Part shown: positions 57,538 through 64,000 of the stretch, one piece after another | How positions within the stretch are numbered: the stretch's first letter is position 1 | How the letters are laid out: each line of letters starts with the position of its first letter | NCBI GenBank assembly: GCA_049512075.1 | Contig: JBEKXL010000005.1 | Span: 69,847-133,846 of the forward strand | Direction: 5' to 3' | DNA length: 64,000 bases | Origin: Candidatus Bathyarchaeia archaeon | Lineage (GTDB): Archaea; Thermoproteota; Bathyarchaeia; Bathyarchaeales; Bathycorpusculaceae | The notes under the pieces: generated by a model | What the model was told of the DNA's origin: nothing | What the model saw: only the letters and a program-made list of their open reading frames with translations | Database searches by the model: none | Program-made: the position numbers and the translations under genes

Positions 57538-59763
57538 ATGCGCATGGCTAAAAGCACTAGCTCATTTGTTCATACTGGTCAGCCACAAAAAGCTTGGACT
57601 GCGAATGAGGCGAATAATAACGTGCCCGTCTGCTTTGAACAGGAGGCATCCAAACAGACGAGGAAGTTGCATCAGACCATAGTCAACCTGGAGAATGAAA
57701 AACGAACTCTTCTCGGCGAAATGAAAACTCTTGAAGCCAAAGCAATGCGCGGGTGGACAGGGATGAGTCGCAGACAGGTATATTCCATCGTAATGCTGGG
57801 AATCATTATGACTGCGATAGTCATTTTTGTTCCTCCGTTTTTCATAGTTCCTTTTGCTTCTGGAAACCTGCCGCTCACAACTCTGGACAAGCAAACAAAG
57901 CTTGTCTCTTACCTGCGAGAAGTTCAATCTTATCCAAACATCTTTCTCGCTGTTCACGGTTACGATCACAAGTGTCCCATCGATGGCTCGACTGGGTACG
58001 AGTTTCTATGTCCCACCGGGCAGCTTTCGCTTGAAGAAATAAACCGACGAATTGAAGCTGGCATCGACATATTCGAAAAGTGCGGTCTGGAAATTGACAC
58101 ATACGCTTTTCCAGGCCAATATTATGATCAAAGAATACTCTCCGTCCTAAGGAATTACGCCCCCACAGCCTCAGTATATAACAAGACAAAGCTGGTAGGA
58201 CTCGGGTTGACAGCAAATTCCTCCCTGACAGATATTATCGATTACTACGGTTTCAGGGAATACACTTGGATGTGGCGCGACGGTGTTTCCGAAAAACAAT
58301 TCCAGGACGCGCTGAATCAGCTTTACCAGGACAAGCCTAGCCTACTTTTGGTACACGTCCAAGACATAACAAACCAGACACTCAACCTGCTTAAAGAATA
58401 CGCCCTTCTTCAAGGTAACGCAGGAATTATTCGGCTGGACGACATAACATTTGACAGCCATGTGGAAGCGACCAAAAAAGTGGTAGACCTCGCGATTGCG
58501 TATAACGTCAGCCTAGTCTTGGCAGTAATCCCGGCTTCTCCGTACACAGGGGGAAGCTCAAACAGTTTCTTTTCTGACACCATGATTGACGCTCTCTGGG
58601 TGATTTCAACAAGTCTGTTCGTTTTCCCTATAGTCGTCATGCTACCGTGGGCGCTTATTTTCAAGATGAAAAAGCGGAAGCCTTATGCAAAGTGGAATCC
58701 TCACTGTCCCATGGTCAGCATAATACTCCCCGCCTACAACGAGGAGAAAACTATAGCTAAATCCATCGAACGAAGTTTGAGCCAACGCTACAAAGGCGGC
58801 ATCGAGGTCATCGTCGTAGACGACGGAAGCACAGACAAGACTTATGATATCGCCAAAACATACGCTGACAAACATGCTAACGTAAGAGCCATTCGACTGG
58901 AGAAGAATCAAGGCAAATCACACGCTCTGAACATGGGTTTTGCACAGGCAAAAGGTGAAATCTCGGTGTTCTCCGACACGGACAGTGTCTTGGCTCCCGA
59001 AGCCATCTCCAGGATGATTTCTCACTTCAAAGACTCTGAAGTTGGCATGGTAGCCGGGATGGTTGTGGTAGGAAACGAAAAAAACTTGTTGACACGCTTG
59101 CAACAGATCGAATATCTTCTTAGTCAGACGATTATTCGATTTTGTCAATCATCACAGAAGAACGTTCTAATATGTCCCGGCGCTTGCACGGCCGTGAGGA
59201 CGGATATAACAAGAAAAATCCCTGTGACGGACAGGACCGTAACCGAGGACGCAGACTTCACGTTTTCGGTCCGGAAAGAAGGATGGAAAATCTGCCAAGA
59301 ACCTGAATCGGTCAGCTATACAGAAGCCCCAGGAAATCTGAGAAGTTTAATAACCCAAAGAAAAAGATGGCTGTACGGAAGTTTGCAGACCATCGCAATT
59401 CATAAGTGGGCTGCAAAAGAAGGAAACCCTTGGGTCTTAAAAGCTTGGCTTGAATGTTTCCTAAGTCCATTCGCCCTGCTTTTCATTGCATCTCTTCCCT
59501 TGCAATACCTTTTCCTGGGTAACAGTTTCCCCTTGTTTCTCCTCACGTATGGACTGCTGCCCTTGACCATTCTGGGAATCAGCGGAGCCATAGGCGTAAG
59601 ACTCTTCAACAAAGGTGAAAAATCAAAACTCGCCTTTCTGATGCCGCTTTATGCTGCATACCAGTTGATGATGAACCTGCTTCTGGTATGCATGGTCTTA
59701 GCCTTCGTAACCAAGAGAGGAATACACCTTACACGCGGAGGAAAGATCATCCACGCGATCTGA
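57538..59763 (+). CDS. DUF2334-like deacetylase fused to a processive GT2 (PgaC/IcaA/CesA-like) synthase
   Basis: HGYDH and IRLDD; PAYNEE, DDGSTD, GKSHALN, DTD, TED, QRKRW; C-terminal TM helices. True start may be about 57763. Confidence 0.88.
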   Translation: MRMAKSTSSFVHTGQPQKAWTANEANNNVPVCFEQEASKQTRKLHQTIVNLENEKRTLLGEMKTLEAKAMRGWTGMSRRQVYSIVMLGIIMTAIVIFVPPFFIVPFASGNLPLTTLDKQTKLVSYLREVQSYPNIFLAVHGYDHKCPIDGSTGYEFLCPTGQLSLEEINRRIEAGIDIFEKCGLEIDTYAFPGQYYDQRILSVLRNYAPTASVYNKTKLVGLGLTANSSLTDIIDYYGFREYTWMWRDGVSEKQFQDALNQLYQDKPSLLLVHVQDITNQTLNLLKEYALLQGNAGIIRLDDITFDSHVEATKKVVDLAIAYNVSLVLAVIPASPYTGGSSNSFFSDTMIDALWVISTSLFVFPIVVMLPWALIFKMKKRKPYAKWNPHCPMVSIILPAYNEEKTIAKSIERSLSQRYKGGIEVIVVDDGSTDKTYDIAKTYADKHANVRAIRLEKNQGKSHALNMGFAQAKGEISVFSDTDSVLAPEAISRMISHFKDSEVGMVAGMVVVGNEKNLLTRLQQIEYLLSQTIIRFCQSSQKNVLICPGACTAVRTDITRKIPVTDRTVTEDADFTFSVRKEGWKICQEPESVSYTEAPGNLRSLITQRKRWLYGSLQTIAIHKWAAKEGNPWVLKAWLECFLSPFALLFIASLPLQYLFLGNSFPLFLLTYGLLPLTILGISGAIGVRLFNKGEKSKLAFLMPLYAAYQLMMNLLLVCMVLAFVTKRGIHLTRGGKIIHAI

Positions 59764-60137
59764 CAACAAAGCAATTCTGCTCCAACATCATGGAGTCGTT
59801 TGAACCAGAACTTGTTTTGCAGCCTTCAAAACGCGTCTGGGCCGAACCAGATACGCGCGCGAGGCAAACACTCTAATGACGCACGGAAACAGTTCAAATT
59901 CTGAAACCTTCGCGTTCCACATAATACTCCATCCGTTTCGTTTACGCGCGCGCTATTACCCGCTCGCAGTATGTGCTCGTTGAGCTGCTAGACGCACAGC
60001 CGAATGCTTGACTTTCAGAGCTGGTCCAACTACTGAAGAACCCTGCCCAACTCGCGCAGTCTGAAGCTTGGGTAGAAGATAGTTTCATAAGTCTTAAAAA
60101 GATCACGGGTTGAGAATACTCGAGGGAGAAGGACAGA

Positions 60138-61511
60138 ATGTCATCTGTTCGAAGCAATAGGAAAGTCCGAGATAGTCTTATCATAACAACAATTCTTATG
60201 ATAGCGTCCGTTGGCTTGCTGATACAGGTCAAGTCAGTATCGGCCGCAACATGGGATCCCTCCCTCGGATGGGATTTCGAGTGCCACACGAACACTCACC
60301 CAAGCCTCATTGACATGAGTACCGCCGCGATAATCGCGGAGCTGCAAGCCGTCAACACCGCTTTTCAATCACACGGCTACCCGCCTCCGCAGCACATGGC
60401 ATACCCCTACGGCGACTACAACTCAACCGTCGAAGGCATCGTATCCCGATACCGAAAGTCAGCGCGAACCGTCTCAGACTACATGACAAAATATCCAGTG
60501 ACAAACTGGTACGAGATGAACGCTGCCCAACTCGTCGCCACCACAACAAAGACCGACATCACCAACTGGGTAGCTCAATGCATCTCCACCAAATCACTAC
60601 TCCTCATATTCACCCACGATGTTTCAGCAAACCCGTCTGAATACGGCTGCACACCAGCCATGCTCACATATCTCCTAGACAACCTCGTCACACAGCAAAA
60701 CGCCGGCAAAATCGTCGTCATGACCATGGCCCAAGCATACGACTACTGGCACAACGCCGCAACTCAACCCAAACCAACCGTCGTAGTTAGCTTCGACGAT
60801 GCCCACGAAAGCGACTACCTTGTAGTCTACCCACTCTTCACGGCGCGAGGCTTGAAAGGCACAAGCTACATCGTCACCAGCTATATCGACTGGCAAGACC
60901 AACTCAGCTGGGCCGAAATCGCAAAAATGAGAACAAGCACTATAACCGTTACTGCTCCGAACGGCGGACAGAGCTGGGTGAGGGGCACGGTTCACTCAAT
61001 AACGTGGGCTTCTACGGGCAGCCCCGGGGCCAACGTCAAGATTGAGTTGTTGAAGGGCGGCGTGCTGAACATGGTCATATCGTCGAGCACGGCGAATGAC
61101 GGTTCCTACAGCTGGACCATCTCTTCCACGCAGACGCTTGGAACTGATTACAAAATAAGGATCACGAGCGCAAGCAATTCGGCGATCACCGACTCCAGCA
61201 ACAGCAACTTTGCCATAACTGTGGGGGCATTGACCGTTACTGTTCCGAACGGAGGACAGACATGGGCGAGAGGTTCCGTCCACACGATAACGTGGGCTTC
61301 TACGGGCAGCCCCGGGGCCAACGTCAAGATTGAGTTGTTGAAGGGCGGCGTGCTGAACATGGTCATATCGTCGAGCACGGCGAATGACGGTTCCTACAGC
61401 TGGACCATCTCTTCCACGCAGATGGTAGGAAGCGACTACAAGATCAGGATAACGAGCACGTCAATCACGGCGATCACAGATTCTAGCGACAGCAACTTCG
61501 CCATCAGCTAA
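60138..61511 (+). CDS. Secreted CE4 polysaccharide deacetylase (permuted) plus two Ser/Thr-rich Ig-like repeats
   Basis: Signal peptide; HTNTHP, AYPYG, FTHDV, then SFDD; two copies of TVT.PNGG..W..G....ITW...D.S...F.I. Confidence 0.85.
   Translation: MSSVRSNRKVRDSLIITTILMIASVGLLIQVKSVSAATWDPSLGWDFECHTNTHPSLIDMSTAAIIAELQAVNTAFQSHGYPPPQHMAYPYGDYNSTVEGIVSRYRKSARTVSDYMTKYPVTNWYEMNAAQLVATTTKTDITNWVAQCISTKSLLLIFTHDVSANPSEYGCTPAMLTYLLDNLVTQQNAGKIVVMTMAQAYDYWHNAATQPKPTVVVSFDDAHESDYLVVYPLFTARGLKGTSYIVTSYIDWQDQLSWAEIAKMRTSTITVTAPNGGQSWVRGTVHSITWASTGSPGANVKIELLKGGVLNMVISSSTANDGSYSWTISSTQTLGTDYKIRITSASNSAITDSSNSNFAITVGALTVTVPNGGQTWARGSVHTITWASTGSPGANVKIELLKGGVLNMVISSSTANDGSYSWTISSTQMVGSDYKIRITSTSITAITDSSDSNFAIS
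60999..61422 (+). repeat. 136-bp identical intragenic repeat (60999..61134 and 61287..61422)
   Basis: Direct comparison; 288-bp (96-aa) period. Confidence 0.9.
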
Positions 61512-61610
61512 AGGGCACGCAACTGAGTGAAGCCTAAGCGGACCATCCTTTTCCACTCTTTTTCTATATCGCCTTGTTCACTATGAGTGCTGTGGCTACC
61601 ACCACTCTAA

Positions 61611-61892
61611 AGCGCGTGCGCTAACACATATTTCGAGAATGGAGGACCCTTCGCCGAGGCAATAGGGAGTTTCCAAGAGGATTTGGGCGAGATGAAAATG
61701 GTGAGGAACAGAATAGCGCACTGTTCGCGGCATTCAAGAACCAAATTTGAGGACTTTGTCCGCCAAGAACTCGGTCATGTCCCGATCTCCCGCCCAGGAG
61801 AGCTACTGTCAGCCAAATTTGCCACAAATCAGACTTATTTTGAGCACTACAGCAATATCTTGAAAGGCCTAGGCAAGTTTATTGTTAAGTGA
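61611..61892 (+). pseudogene. HEPN-domain C-terminal fragment
   Basis: The open frame from 61611 contains MVRNRIAH (R-x4-H). It is preceded by an in-frame TAA and begins at GCGCGTGCGC. Confidence 0.5.
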
Positions 61893-61990
61893 AAGAATCG
61901 AGCATGTGTATAGAGTTTCTTCTGTCAACTTGAGCGTCGGTTAATCTGGGTCTCCTTCTTATTGAGATAGACCTTCAGCCAATAACACGT

Positions 61991-63361
61991 GTGCTAACAG
62001 AGTTTCGTGACGCTCAAATACTTCTTGGGCCGAAAACGAGGGCAACTCTAGCGCGCGCGTTGGTCAGCACAACAACCTTCAGCGAGATTAAGGGTTGGAT
62101 AGACACCTGTATTGCTCGCAAGGCGCTGCTGCACATATTCACGCATGATGTGTCATCGAAGCCGTCTGAATACGGTTGCACTCCGGCAATACTTACGCAA
62201 ATGTTGGACTATCTGGTTCAGAAACAAAGTGCTAGCCAACTGACGGTTATGACGGTGGCCCAGGCATACGATTACTGGAGCACCGCCACGGCGGGCAAAG
62301 CAACCGTGGTCGTTAGCTTCGACGACGCAAACGAAAGCGACTACACAGTCGTCTATCCCCTCTTCGTAGCACGAGGGTTGAAGGGCACGAGCTACATCGT
62401 CACGAGCGTCATAGACGAATCTGACCAGCTGACCTGGACTGAGATAGCCACGATGAGAGGAGCCCGTCCCACTTACGCCGTTCATTTGGAGTCCAAGCAG
62501 AATTCGAGCGCAACCGTCAACCTTGGAACCATAACTCTTGGCGGCACTTCGCACAGTCTTCCGAGCAACATTTCTGAAACTGCTGAGACTTATCAGGCAC
62601 AGTTCTACGCAGCATCAGGATACGCTTTCGATCATTGGGAAACAACGGGCAGCGTCACCGTAACGAGCGCAACTGTCAACCCGGCAACGGTGACTGTCAA
62701 AGGCGCTGGAACACTGAGGGCCGTTTACAAGGTCGGCACATCTGTTCTCTTTGCAGACGGCTTTGAGTCCGGCACTTTCAGCACTTGGACGGGCACAGGA
62801 GTTACCTCCGGTGAGACCACAGCCGTCGTCAAAACGCTCCCACACCAGGGAGCCTATTCTGCCAAGTTCACGTCAAACGGCGCCGGCGGATTTGAGTATG
62901 CTTACTGTTACAAGAGCATTGCTTCTTCAGGCGAGCTCTACGGCAGCGGATACTTCTATGTGTCCAAGTCAGGGATTGCGAGTGAGGGTAACCGTTTCTT
63001 CCCAATCGTGTTCACTGCTGGAGGCAACCCTGTGGCGTATGCTGGTTGGGTAAGGGTGGGCGGCGTCGTCAGGTGGAACTTGCTCGTCAGGGATGGAACA
63101 GGCTGGGCGACAGTCCACTCTGCGACTAGTCCCCTGCTGAACAGGTGGTACACTGTTCAGCTTCACTGGAAGAACAGCGCTTCAGGCGGTGTTGGCGAGC
63201 TTTGGGTGGACGGCACACTAGTATGCTCCATCACTGGCAAGAACACAGCCGCGTACGGAAACGCGAATCAAGCGCGGTTCGGGCTGCCCGAACTCTACAA
63301 CTGCGGTGCCACTTCAGTCTACTGCGATGACTGCACAGTATCCAGAACAAAGATAGGATAG
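61991..63361 (+). pseudogene. 5'-truncated paralog of the permuted CE4 deacetylase, with B-repeat-like and ConA/LamG-like domains
   Basis: Homology to 60138..61511 starts at about 62060 (LVSTTT...FTHDV...SFDD). No signal peptide and no HxxxH. GYAFDHW, LFADGFESG, NRWYTVQL, ELWVDG. Confidence 0.7.
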
Positions 63362-63623
63362 GCCACTCACATCTGCGCCAAAAGCGCCCAACACCCCAGA
63401 ATTCTCTTTTAGCCCAGCTATAAACGAGCATTTTCAGAACAGCGCGCGCTTACAATCACAGTCCGAAGAAAATAACCTTCAGTTTAGTTGAAATAAGGTC
63501 AATGATTTTGTTTGGGCAGAAGATCCTTGAAAAAATCATGTGAAGAAGAGAGAGTATCAACAGCGCGCGCGTTTTTTTGTACTCTTCAAAAGCGACCCCC
63601 GCCTTTTTTTTATTTACGTCTGA

Positions 63624-63809
63624 CATTATGTTGTTTTACAAGATCGCGATGCTGTGTTTTTGACCCCCCCTCTTTTTGTTTGTAATGTCCGATGTAATGT
63701 GGATTGTAATAAACCATGAAGAAGACAGGCCTGGACTGCCCTTCAGAGCTAATCCGTTCGGTTTATTTGTAATGTCAGATGTAATGTTGAATTGTAAAAT
63801 TCGATGTTG
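63624..63809 (-). repeat. Dispersed intergenic repeat, copy C
   Basis: TGTAATGTC(C/A)GATGTAATGT at 63681 and 63768 (87-bp spacing), plus an inverted motif TTACGTCTGACATTA at 63614..63628. Confidence 0.9.
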
Positions 63810-64000
63810 TGAGGTGACATGCATAACTGGCTCTAGCTGTTAACACAGGCGTGTACGGCGTTGGTTTGGGTATTAGCGCGCTGCCTTGTCCCGAAATTGG
63901 TGTAAAATGGTAATAATTCTTGTTTTCGGGTTTAGGGGCAGTTTTGAGGCTCATATGTGTTTTTAGCCCTTCTGTGTGCCTTGACTTTCAAGATGGGCTA

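Noticed and set aside
43730-63809. Copies A and C as terminal inverted repeats of a 20-kb transposon
   Set aside because: The interior holds housekeeping-type genes and a tRNA, there is no transposase, a third copy lies inside, and no target-site duplication was seen.

Overview
Archaeal chromosomal window, most likely Bathyarchaeia/TACK. This rests on Hel308, a BHB-intron tRNA, DUF2095/DUF5752/DUF354-like proteins and an SSV-type split integrase; it is inference, not a database result. Left to right it contains: (1) a catabolic cluster with an M19 dipeptidase, lipoate ligase, 2-oxoacid dehydrogenase E1a/E1b/E2, carbamate kinase, two YgeW-like transcarbamylases, two fold-type II PLP enzymes, DUF1611 and a cyclic amidohydrolase; (2) a 3.6-kb element integrated in the 5' half of tRNA-Val(TAC), with a split, frameshifted tyrosine integrase; (3) a ~17-kb surface-glycan cluster; (4) an Fe-S operon with a degenerate IscS, IscU and SufS; (5) hel308, purB, an asnB-like gene, a ferredoxin, a ribophorin I-like protein and a two-intron tRNA-Arg(CCG); (6) small zinc-ribbon and membrane genes; (7) an exopolysaccharide locus whose CE4 deacetylase domains look circularly permuted. 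The two strongest unexplained signals are non-coding. First, (CG)n tracts of 8-10 nt are confined to intergenic DNA and repeatedly sit at gene or repeat truncation points. Second, a ~120-185-bp repeat occurs three times, carrying TGTAATGTC(A/C)GATGTAAT motifs at a fixed 87-bp spacing. No CRISPR array or rRNA was seen. All protein calls come from motif recognition by eye.
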